Source of the DNA: a virus
Lineage: Duplodnaviria > Heunggongvirae > Uroviricota > Caudoviricetes
IMG/VR virus record: IMGVR_UViG_3300033070_001123
Reading direction: 5' to 3' (one strand)
DNA: 64,000 bases
Below the pieces are notes generated by a model, which was not told the DNA's origin, did not search any database, and saw only the letters and a list, made by a program, of their open reading frames with translations. Position numbers and translations under genes: made by a program. This document shows positions 56,657 through 64,000 of this stretch, piece by piece (within the stretch, counting starts at the first letter, position 1; each line of letters opens with the position of its first letter).

Positions 56657-59600
56657 TTACTGAGCCTGTCTCATTTCTCTTAGAACCTGAGGAATAGCTT
56701 CCTTTGCCGCTGTAACCGCAACTTCAGCCATAGCCTGTCTAAAAGCACTTATAACTTCAGGGCTATTAACAGACCTTAGCGTGTCTATAAATGCTTTCTT
56801 GATTTCATCAGTATCTTTAACTACATCATTTATTGGATTTATAGAAGTCTTTGAATTTTTTATCTTACCATTTTCATCAACAAATGGACTCATTACAGAA
56901 CTGATAAAATTAGAGAACTTGGTCAAAGACGACGTTGCGCCATCAGTAGCTTTTTTATGTTCATCAAGAGCTTGTGTACTTCCGTATAGATTATCCGCCA
57001 TCGCAGCAGCAACCGAACCCTTCGACCTATCAACAATCCCAGTTACGGCTTCTGCTCCTTTTCTTATATCTCCAGCTTCCAAGTATTCGCCATAAGTAGA
57101 AAGAACTGCTTTCTCAGCCGCACCAGCAGCGCCCTCAGTTAGGCTTCCTACTCCAAATCTTCCAAACTCTCTACGTCCTTCAAGTTCAGATCCTGCTCTC
57201 AAAGCTCTAACTTTAGTTGGCGCACCCGCAACCAAGCTTCCCAATCTCTTTTCTTGGCTAATAACAATACGAGTAAACACGCCTTGCCCTGTATTCATTG
57301 CCGCAATAGCAGAAATATAACCTTCTCTAAGAGCCTTAGTAATTTCTGCCTGACGAGCCGTTGCCTGAACTATTTCGTTTTGTTTCTTAAGAACTTCATT
57401 TCTGTTAGCAAATTCTTGAACTTGATAACGTTGTTTTATTTCATTTGCTGCTTTTTCTTTATCTGCAATTGAAAGTGAATTATTAGACATTACCGCATTA
57501 AGTTCTTTTTGCTTATCTTGATTTAACTTATTAGCACTAGCTTGTAAGTCGCTAATCTGCCCCTCCATAATAGCCTTTTGCTGTTGCAATGACTGAACAA
57601 CCTGCTGTTGCATTTGAACAGACGCCTTTAGGCCAAAACCATAGCTGTTAGCAAGGTTCATTTGAGATTCTGCAAGACTTGTTTCAAGCTGTTGCTGGTT
57701 CAAGCTACCTTGTCTTATTTGTGTTATTGATTCTTGAAGAGAAACTTGCTTCTCTAAAGTCGCATTAATCTCAGCACTTCTTTGCAACTGGAAAACATCA
57801 TAGTCAAGATTGATTCCATAATTTGCTGAAAGCTCAGCCAAAGACTTCCTATATTCAGAACTTCCAGAACCTTGTGTTTTTCTAATATTATCTAGTTGAC
57901 CCATCTTTTCTTTTGCTGCCTTTTGCTTTTCTGGATCTAGTTGCGAAATTTGCAATCTAGCAGCAGCATCAAATGTTTCTCTAGAAACCTCTTTAGATTC
58001 CTTGAGGAACTTCATTTGCATATCCAATTCTTGAGACGCAGTATTTATAGCCGCAAGAGAGGTGGCAGAATCCCCCTGTCCAACCATGCCAGCCCTCATG
58101 CTACCCAAATTAACTATAGATTTTGTTAGTTCAAGTTGTTTTTCAGTCTTTTGAGATTGCTGATCTAACAATGTATTTACTCTCGCTAAAGTTTGAGCGT
58201 ATGGAGTTAAAGTAGAAGCAAGTTCTTGTTGTTCTTTATTCGTTTGCTTTATTTTTTCAAGCTCTGCTTTACGCTTTTCAATAACTTCGTTTAGCTTATC
58301 AGCGGTCTCTGTAAGACCTTGAAACTTTGCGTCTGACATTTCCTTTTCCAAAGGCAATATCATATTTCTTTCATAATCAATTTCTTTCTGCCTATTTCCC
58401 GTTGCGGTCATGTGTTCAATAGATAAGTCTTTATCTCTTTGCGTAAAATCACTAACCCTAACTTGGTCATTAAGTTGAGCTAGTTCTTTCTTCTCGTCTT
58501 CATTATAATCTCTACCAACACCAAAATATCCAAGACCCCACCAAGAACCCCTCATCCTATCAGCGTCTATCTCCGTCTGTCTTTTGGCTCGTTGAAGCTT
58601 AATACTTTCTGATTCATTGCGAAGCTTAATTTTGTCATAAGCATTTGCAGTATTTTGAATATTATCAGCTTGCTTGTAAACATTGTCCCTGATATCAAAA
58701 CCTAAAAGGCCAGCACCCATTGCCAAAGGATTTGTATAGTAAAGAGCATTCATTGCTGTTTGGCTTCTAGATATAAGATTTCCACCTGCCAAACCAACGA
58801 CAGCAGCGCCTATTATGGCTGCGCCAGTACCAACCGCTCCTCCAAGAAGGCTTCCTCCAGCAGCGCCCGCACCCACCCCTGCGCCAGCAGCGGCCCCGCC
58901 ACCAGCACCACCTGCGGCTGCGCCGCCAAAACCCGACACTCCTCTTATTGCTCCAAAAAGACCGCCAGCATTAGATCCTGTACGAATGAAATTACCAAGT
59001 TCAGTAAACTTAGCAATAAGATTTGGCAAGGCTCTAAATCCAGCAAAAGAACCCGCTAAACCAGCAAAAGCTGTCGCAGTTCCAGCTATAATGGAAACCC
59101 ATTTTGCGATTGGAATAATAATGCTTTTGATTGACAAAAGATAATCACCAACAAGCTTAGCCATAGGCATAATTTCTTGACCTATAGCCAAAGAAATATC
59201 TTCAAACAACTTATTCATGCTTCTAAAGAACTTGGCTTGATCGTCAATGCGCTGCTTTTCAAGCCTATCTTCAGCAGACATAGCTTTTCCGCCTTTAGCA
59301 AGCTCATCAAGTTTCTTTGCTTCAGAAATACCTATTTTACCAGCAGCTATAAGCTTAAGAGCAGAACTTTGAATGTCCCCCATTTGCTCTTTTGAACTTT
59401 TAGAACTATCAGAAAAAGTCTGCATTACAATGTCTTGAAATGCAAGAGACTTAGAGCCAATAGATTGCAAAGCCTGCATCATTTGTCCAACTTTTTCTGC
59501 CGCCCCACCCACGGCCTCAGAAATTGCGTCAAACATTGATGGCATAGCCTTAATATCTGCTAAATCAAAGCCAGACTCAAAAGTAGACATAAGCTGCAAT

Positions 59601-60097
59601 GTCTGCTCTCTTGTCCACTGGAATTGATTAGCCAATCCCTCTACTTTATTCTTTGTTTCAGATATGCCTTGACCATATTTTGTAAACTGAGAAGCAGTAG
59701 CCCTAAGTTCTACATTGTATTTGTTCAAGTTCTGTATGGCAGCGCCCATGCCAAGAGAGGTGCCGCCAAAAACGGCTCCAAAAGAAACAAACATAGAAGA
59801 AAGCTTTGCAACAGGAGCAACAACGGTCTCAGCAGCCTTCTTCAAATAACCAAAAGCCTCTTCTTGCTGTCTCAGCCTATTAGAAGCCTCCTCAACAGCA
59901 TCGCTAAAACGATGGTAGGCAGACCTAATAGAGTTCATTCTCTGTTCAATAATTGGAGCAAGATGCGCGAATTGATGCAGGTTCGTCTGAAAGACATTGA
60001 AGTTCTCTGTGAAATTAGGGTCGATAGAACCCTCAAACTTCAACTGAACAATTGCTTGACGAAATATCTCGCCTTCTGTTTGAACATTTTTTGCCAT
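56657..60097 (-). CDS. Tail tape measure protein, ~1146 aa (start revised from 60160 to ATG 60097)
   Basis: Helical A/Q/K/E-rich, central hydrophobic Gly/Ala segments, position after chaperones; AGGAA before 60097, whereas 60160 lies in the terminator. Confidence 0.85.
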   Translation of the reverse strand: MAKNVQTEGEIFRQAIVQLKFEGSIDPNFTENFNVFQTNLHQFAHLAPIIEQRMNSIRSAYHRFSDAVEEASNRLRQQEEAFGYLKKAAETVVAPVAKLSSMFVSFGAVFGGTSLGMGAAIQNLNKYNVELRATASQFTKYGQGISETKNKVEGLANQFQWTREQTLQLMSTFESGFDLADIKAMPSMFDAISEAVGGAAEKVGQMMQALQSIGSKSLAFQDIVMQTFSDSSKSSKEQMGDIQSSALKLIAAGKIGISEAKKLDELAKGGKAMSAEDRLEKQRIDDQAKFFRSMNKLFEDISLAIGQEIMPMAKLVGDYLLSIKSIIIPIAKWVSIIAGTATAFAGLAGSFAGFRALPNLIAKFTELGNFIRTGSNAGGLFGAIRGVSGFGGAAAGGAGGGAAAGAGVGAGAAGGSLLGGAVGTGAAIIGAAVVGLAGGNLISRSQTAMNALYYTNPLAMGAGLLGFDIRDNVYKQADNIQNTANAYDKIKLRNESESIKLQRAKRQTEIDADRMRGSWWGLGYFGVGRDYNEDEKKELAQLNDQVRVSDFTQRDKDLSIEHMTATGNRQKEIDYERNMILPLEKEMSDAKFQGLTETADKLNEVIEKRKAELEKIKQTNKEQQELASTLTPYAQTLARVNTLLDQQSQKTEKQLELTKSIVNLGSMRAGMVGQGDSATSLAAINTASQELDMQMKFLKESKEVSRETFDAAARLQISQLDPEKQKAAKEKMGQLDNIRKTQGSGSSEYRKSLAELSANYGINLDYDVFQLQRSAEINATLEKQVSLQESITQIRQGSLNQQQLETSLAESQMNLANSYGFGLKASVQMQQQVVQSLQQQKAIMEGQISDLQASANKLNQDKQKELNAVMSNNSLSIADKEKAANEIKQRYQVQEFANRNEVLKKQNEIVQATARQAEITKALREGYISAIAAMNTGQGVFTRIVISQEKRLGSLVAGAPTKVRALRAGSELEGRREFGRFGVGSLTEGAAGAAEKAVLSTYGEYLEAGDIRKGAEAVTGIVDRSKGSVAAAMADNLYGSTQALDEHKKATDGATSSLTKFSNFISSVMSPFVDENGKIKNSKTSINPINDVVKDTDEIKKAFIDTLRSVNSPEVISAFRQAMAEVAVTAAKEAIPQVLREMRQAQ

Positions 60098-60154
60098 AGA
60101 GATTCCTGCCCGAAAAACTGCAATAATGCGGGTACTTATGAATTCGACCAAATT

Positions 60155-60184
60155 AAACAAAAACCTCTACCTAAGCAGAGGTTT
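60155..60184 (-). terminator. Rho-independent terminator after the membrane-protein gene
   Basis: AAACCTCTGC-TTAG-GTAGAGGTTT then TTGTTT on the minus strand. Confidence 0.8.
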
Positions 60185-60210
60185 GTAAAACTTCGATTAT
60201 GAGCCTCTAG

Positions 60211-60660
60211 CTACCTGGCGGCCTTCTCCCAAGGAAAGGGAAACTCTTTCGCCTCCTGCTCTCGACGTTCCGCTCTCATCTTCTCAAAAGCCTTCGTCTC
60301 TTCTTCAACTCTCTGCTGCATCTTTTCCTGAAGACTATCGTAGTAGTGTTGCTCTTTAGTGTTGTAGACGGGACGAGCAAACATGAAAGCAACGTTGACG
60401 GTAACGAAAACGAGAAGCAACGAAGACATCACAAAGTTGCTAAACCGAGGAAGCAAAACAAGCAAAAAGTTGAAAACAAAAACGACAAACAGAAAAATTG
60501 CAGCAGAAATCCATGTTGCAGCGAACAAGAAATTGAACGGCTTCAGAAACGACTGTTCAACGACCGCTCGAACCAGGTAAAGAATTACCAGGCTAGAAAG
60601 CCACATGGTCATGAAAAGTCTAAACCAGGAGTAAGGGAGCTTGTTCGTATGGGTATTCAT
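60211..60660 (-). CDS. Moron-like membrane protein (~149 aa, about 3 TM helices, charged C-terminal helix)
   Basis: Three hydrophobic stretches; AAGGAGA 6 nt before ATG 60660. Confidence 0.75.
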   Translation of the reverse strand: MNTHTNKLPYSWFRLFMTMWLSSLVILYLVRAVVEQSFLKPFNFLFAATWISAAIFLFVVFVFNFLLVLLPRFSNFVMSSLLLVFVTVNVAFMFARPVYNTKEQHYYDSLQEKMQQRVEEETKAFEKMRAERREQEAKEFPFPWEKAAR

Positions 60661-60693
60661 TGGCAATCTCCTTGGCAGTTCGTGCCTACTGAC

Positions 60694-60755
60694 ATTGTAT
60701 CAGAAATTGCCCAAAAGTTTAGTCCTACCATACCCAAAAACAGAAAATGCCCAAA
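60694..60755 (-). promoter_or_regulatory. Extended -10 promoter (TGATACAAT) overlapped by a 15-bp direct repeat
   Basis: TGnTACAAT at 60694-60702; CAGAAA(T/A)TGCCCAAA at 60701-60715 and 60741-60755. Confidence 0.55.
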
Positions 60756-61142
60756 TTACCCCTGCAAGGCCCTTTCTAGCTCAGCAATCAGGAAAGAAGC
60801 AATAGGTCCAACCAATTTTTCAGCATTTTCTACTGTTGCAGGTATTTCCGAACCATCCTCAGCCTTGAAATCCCAACTTTTCAACAGGGTAGAAAACCTG
60901 GTAAACCTTGACTGATTCGTGACAAACGATATCTCACCATTGTCTGAAAACTTCACACCAGAGTCCAAAAATACCAGATTGTCTTTGTATGTCGGCATCC
61001 TGAAGCAAACCTTGTGTTTAGAGTATTTTTCAGGTATTTTTTCAGGTTTCGAACTCTCTGACCATACAGACAGGTTGCCTCCGTCCTCAGACACGAATAT
61101 CTCTATAACTATTTCTGCGTTTTTGTCAATAAAAAGCTTCAT
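60756..61142 (-). CDS. Second tail-assembly-chaperone-like protein, 128 aa (paralog of 61362..61805)
   Basis: LKSWDFKAEDGSEIPATVENAEKL vs LKEWDIQDDSGNVVPINEENIGQL; GGAGAG RBS. Confidence 0.75.
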   Translation of the reverse strand: MKLFIDKNAEIVIEIFVSEDGGNLSVWSESSKPEKIPEKYSKHKVCFRMPTYKDNLVFLDSGVKFSDNGEISFVTNQSRFTRFSTLLKSWDFKAEDGSEIPATVENAEKLVGPIASFLIAELERALQG

Positions 61143-61152
61143 TTCCGCTCTC

Positions 61153-61365
61153 CTATAACTTGGTTGATGCCCTTGCTACTTCAACTGATTTCTTCAATAA
61201 GAGTATTATCGAATGTTCTCTAAATTTCCTAACCGGAAGCGCCTCGATATATTCTAATGACCAACCGTATTCTGAGGCAAATAAATGCTCATAAACCGAA
61301 TCTGGGATATCTTCTTGGTTCAATATCTTAGAATCAGAATAGAGCTTTACGGTAGTCTCAACTAT
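61153..61365 (-). CDS. -1 frame extension (gpT-like, 70 aa) of the tail assembly chaperone; absent from ORF track
   Basis: Open frame without its own ATG: IVETTVKLYSDSKILNQEDIPDSVYEHLFASEYGWSLEYIEALPVRKFREHSIILLLKKSVEVARASTKL*. Confidence 0.88.
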   Translation of the reverse strand: MVETTVKLYSDSKILNQEDIPDSVYEHLFASEYGWSLEYIEALPVRKFREHSIILLLKKSVEVARASTKL

Positions 61366-61805
61366 TTTTTTTCTTCAGCCTCGCTCGAAGACGTACTATT
61401 ATCATACTTTCGTAGCAACTCTTCAGCTACGGATGTTGGTAGTTGACCAATGTTCTCTTCATTAATTGGAACAACATTTCCTGAATCGTCCTGAATATCC
61501 CACTCTTTGAGGCATGTCTTAAATATGTTGTCCCTATATTTTGTTGGATCAAGTCTTTGGCTTCCGTCAGCAGGATTGTAATAAGTTGAAGCCCTCATGA
61601 CTTTATTAGTTATCTTCCAAGTAGGAATAGACCACTTTGTATTCAAAACATCAACAGTTTCATCTTTTTTCTCAAGGAGTTTTTTTCCTTCTTCTTCTGA
61701 AAGAATTTTGAACTGGAGATATCCTGATTTACTTTTCTTAAGTTGGTAATACAATGTAATATGTATAAGATTTTCCTCATCTTTTATGAGCAATGACTTC
61801 GCCAT
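61362..61805 (-). CDS. Tail assembly chaperone (gpG-like), 147 aa
   Basis: Between tube and tape measure; ends EEKK* on a slippery site; AAGGAGA RBS. Confidence 0.85.
   Translation of the reverse strand: MAKSLLIKDEENLIHITLYYQLKKSKSGYLQFKILSEEEGKKLLEKKDETVDVLNTKWSIPTWKITNKVMRASTYYNPADGSQRLDPTKYRDNIFKTCLKEWDIQDDSGNVVPINEENIGQLPTSVAEELLRKYDNSTSSSEAEEKK
61365..61372 (-). promoter_or_regulatory. Programmed -1 ribosomal frameshift site A AAA AAA
   Basis: GAA AAA AAA TAG at the chaperone end, with the -1 frame open to 61153. Confidence 0.88.
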
Positions 61806-61832
61806 TTGTTTCTCCTTGTAATACAGCGTAAC

Positions 61833-61865
61833 AAGACAAACCCTCCTAAAACAGAGGGTTGTCTT
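61833..61865 (-). terminator. Stem-loop after the tail tube gene (leaky terminator or mRNA stabiliser)
   Basis: AAGACAACCCTC-TGTTTTAG-GAGGGTTTGTCTT with an interrupted U tract. Confidence 0.55.
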
Positions 61866-61898
61866 CTACGAACATATCGTCATTTATGACGTTGATAA

Positions 61899-62957
61899 TC
61901 AGGTGAGAGGCTGGAAATAGCCAGGAGCGGATGGACCGCCAAATGAGTTGGAAGCATTGTCAACAGATACGTTGCAAGCACCAAGCTCCAATGCCTCATA
62001 ATCATTTTCACAGTCGCCAAGGGCGCTGAAAGGCATTCTTGTTTCAACAAGATCGTTACTAATAGCAACTTCTTCAATCTGGAAGATTACACCCCAAAGA
62101 GCGGTTGCCCAATAAGGAACAGTTGCGCTACCAAGAGTATAACCAAACTGAATCTTAGTTCTAGAAGTAAAGCGATTCTGGTTGTTATATACGAAATCAT
62201 GGAACTGCTTGTTCGCAAAACCCATAAGAGTCAAACTACCTTCAATTGACCTCTTACGAGCAGTAATATCCTGAGGAACAAGCTTACCATTCAAAGTGTA
62301 GAAACGATCTGCATTGTTGTTAAGAGTTACTTCAAAAGCTCTAATAAACGAACCTGGAACAACAATATTCTCTTCTCTTGCAAAGACGTTGATTCGGAAA
62401 TCGTTCCAAGTAACAACGCGAGCAGGAGCCAACATTGTTGGTTCTCTTTCAGTTGTAAGAGCTTCTCTTACGTTATCAGTAACGTTTGCTCCACCAATAA
62501 CTCCAAAGTTGATCTTTACAACGTCAGCTTGAGTGACGTTAATTCTCATGGTATTAATGATGCAGTTTGGATAACGGAAAGCGGTGTTGTCTGTATAGCG
62601 AACGTCTACATTGAACTGGTTAACAAGACGACCAACTTGGTCTCTCTTAGCAGCAATGTTCCAGAGGCGATTTGCTAGATTTGTTTGGCAAGTAGCGTCT
62701 GGCTCGCCGCAATCCTTGCCTGTACCATTTTGAATACCTTCATGAACAAGAGGGAACTCAGCGGAACCGTCTACCATACGGGGACCAACTTGGTAGAGAG
62801 TTCTGTCGATACGACCGTCAACAACGTCAGGATATGTTATGTCTTGCTTGGCTCGTATATCACAAGACAAGGCTCTTACAAAGATTTCTTGGCCGATAGA
62901 CCCTCCTGAGAATCTAACGGAACCAACAAATCCCATTTGTGCTGTTGGAATAGGCAT
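61899..62957 (-). CDS. Major tail tube protein, 352 aa, two tandem tube-fold halves
   Basis: VGPRMVDGSAEF / ARKRSIEGSLTL internal repeat; YPNCIINTMRINV; FEVTLNNN; strong AAGGAG RBS; position upstream of chaperones. Confidence 0.8.
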   Translation of the reverse strand: MPIPTAQMGFVGSVRFSGGSIGQEIFVRALSCDIRAKQDITYPDVVDGRIDRTLYQVGPRMVDGSAEFPLVHEGIQNGTGKDCGEPDATCQTNLANRLWNIAAKRDQVGRLVNQFNVDVRYTDNTAFRYPNCIINTMRINVTQADVVKINFGVIGGANVTDNVREALTTEREPTMLAPARVVTWNDFRINVFAREENIVVPGSFIRAFEVTLNNNADRFYTLNGKLVPQDITARKRSIEGSLTLMGFANKQFHDFVYNNQNRFTSRTKIQFGYTLGSATVPYWATALWGVIFQIEEVAISNDLVETRMPFSALGDCENDYEALELGACNVSVDNASNSFGGPSAPGYFQPLT

Positions 62958-62988
62958 ACTAAATCACTCCTTACCTAGTTATTGTAAA

Positions 62989-63453
62989 TCAGCAAGCAGG
63001 TATTGCTGTCCCGTCTGCAAATCTTGGAACAGTAAGTCCGTCAACAGCAGAGTAGGTTGCAGAAGGAAGGTTTGAGATATTTCCTTGGCATACGAGAACT
63101 CCCGTAATCTTGCAGAGTTCTGCCCATGCCATAGGAATCTCAACATTCGCTTCTATCAAATAATCATTGAGGTCAGTAACCGCAGAGCCGGATCTATTGA
63201 TAACATGGTTATTGATAGCTCTTACAGCGCTGAGATAGGTAGTTGGCGAACGGTAAATGTCCGTGTTGATCTGATAACTTGTCCAAAATTCATTGATGAG
63301 GTCGATTGTTGGGTACACATTATCAGACAATACGATCTTGTAAACTGCGTCATACAAGTAATCAACCGAACCTACGTTCGCTATTCTTGCATTGGCGTAG
63401 TACGTCGCAATTGCCAGATAATCTGCTCCACTTATTACATTGCTAGACAACAT
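62989..63453 (-). CDS. Hypothetical protein, 154 aa (possibly virion-associated)
   Basis: AGAGGAG RBS; co-oriented directly upstream of the tube gene. Confidence 0.7.
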   Translation of the reverse strand: MLSSNVISGADYLAIATYYANARIANVGSVDYLYDAVYKIVLSDNVYPTIDLINEFWTSYQINTDIYRSPTTYLSAVRAINNHVINRSGSAVTDLNDYLIEANVEIPMAWAELCKITGVLVCQGNISNLPSATYSAVDGLTVPRFADGTAIPAC

Positions 63454-63500
63454 TTGTATTAACTCCTCTTTCTAAGCTGGTCCCTTGAGCAAACGCTTCT

Positions 63501-63528
63501 ACTCCATATTCTGCTTCTAATACGGAGT
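63501..63528 (-). promoter_or_regulatory. 10-bp stem-loop in the leader of the tube operon
   Basis: ACUCCGUAUU-AGAAGCAG-AAUAUGGAGU (one G-U pair on the minus strand). Confidence 0.5.
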
Positions 63529-63582
63529 CTCCTCTTTTTTTCAAGAAGTCAATACAAAATCCTTCTATAACGAAAAAGAAAT

Positions 63583-63999
63583 TCAAACAGAATCGAGCGC
63601 TAAAACCGGCTTAGACAAAAGAGCCTCCTGAACAACGTTTGAAAAGCCTTCCAAAAAGGACTGTTTGGAAAACTGATTGGAAAGGTTTCTGGCAGCAACA
63701 GAAGCCTCTTTAAGCTTGTCTTTATTATGAAGAAGATTTATCAGAGTTTGATTCAGTGCTTCCGAAGAGATTATAGCAAATTCCTCTTCATTCTGACCTA
63801 CAAATATACAATACGGAACAAAGAATCTCAGTCCTTCTGGCATTTTCGAAATTATCTCTCCAACTCTACCATAATTAGGGCCTACAGGCACACAACCGCA
63901 TCTCATACCCTCCAACAAAGACAGTCCAGTGGCCGATTTTATCGAACAATCGACTATAACGGATGAATTGTTGTAAATTTCATTCATCTTAGAAAGAGA
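63583..63999 (-). CDS. C-terminal part of a GT4-like glycosyltransferase (starts outside window)
   Basis: Frame open to the edge; MNEIYNNSSVIVDCS..SATGLSLLEGMRCGCVPV resembles the GT-B nucleotide-binding domain. Confidence 0.75.
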   Translation of the reverse strand, partial: SLSKMNEIYNNSSVIVDCSIKSATGLSLLEGMRCGCVPVGPNYGRVGEIISKMPEGLRFFVPYCIFVGQNEEEFAIISSEALNQTLINLLHNKDKLKEASVAARNLSNQFSKQSFLEGFSNVVQEALLSKPVLALDSV

Positions 64000-64000
64000 T

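Larger units (their letters stand above)
1..64000 (-). mobile_element. Tail/adsorption-apparatus gene cluster of a large tailed (probably non-contractile) phage; free phage vs prophage cannot be decided
   Basis: Order tube - chaperone with -1 slippery site - tape measure - hub - fibre/adhesin genes; all credible genes on one strand, mostly 0-12 bp apart; no host housekeeping genes or att/integrase in window. Confidence 0.9.

Noticed and set aside
58800-58940. GC-rich island
   Set aside because: Explained by the Gly/Ala-rich segment of the tape measure protein
60098-60160. 21-codon N-terminal extension of the tape measure ORF
   Set aside because: The TTG start lies in the terminator U tract; ATG 60097 has an RBS
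37147-61881. GACGATAT in two intergenic regions (37147-37154, 61874-61881) as a late promoter
   Set aside because: One shared 8-mer among roughly 600 bp of intergenic DNA is expected by chance; needs a genome-wide motif search
61878-61891. Palindrome CGTCAT-TT-ATGACG after the tube gene
   Set aside because: Single short occurrence with no second copy found; cannot support an operator call
176-63966. All plus-strand ORFs and short alternative-frame minus-strand ORFs in the track (e.g. 49597..50241, 59624..60202, 60346..60915)
   Set aside because: They shadow long, motif-bearing minus-strand genes and show no recognisable motifs
1-64000. eCIS, tailocin or T6SS locus; or eukaryotic giant virus (NLS-like patch, Kelch)
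   Set aside because: No sheath, wedge or AAA ATPase seen; Shine-Dalgarno sites, gene overlaps and the G/GT frameshift indicate a prokaryotic tailed virus
1-64000. Stop-codon reassignment, CRISPR array, tRNA, DGR or invertible cassette
   Set aside because: Genes are intact in the standard code and use all three stops; no repeat-spacer array, cloverleaf, reverse transcriptase or recombinase noticed by eye

Overview
The window is a contiguous, minus-strand virion-morphogenesis region of a large tailed phage (standard code, GGAG-type ribosome-binding sites, most genes abutting or overlapping). I see no host genes, integrase, tRNA or CRISPR array. In transcription order (right to left): partial GT4-like glycosyltransferase; hypothetical protein; two-domain tail tube protein; tail assembly chaperone with an unannotated -1 frameshift extension (G/GT type); a paralogous second chaperone; a moron-like membrane-protein gene with its own promoter and terminator; tape measure protein; about 54 kb (~18,000 codons) of mostly very large tail-tip/adhesion proteins (hub-like, FN3, Ig, LamG, Kelch, beta-propeller, VWA, glycoside-hydrolase-like modules) with a GT4 gene embedded among them; then a GT2 and a further partial GT4. 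No sheath gene is visible, so the tail looks non-contractile. Main observations: (1) an 11-bp tandem duplication shifts a glycoside-hydrolase-like tail gene out of frame with its strong RBS/start, a candidate phase-variable switch; (2) repeated nested domain insertion in the giant proteins, including a VWA domain split by ~2,100 aa; (3) four glycosyltransferases coupled to or flanking the tail operon, suggesting virion glycosylation; (4) the hidden frameshift product. All domain calls are from motif recognition by eye; no database searches were run.
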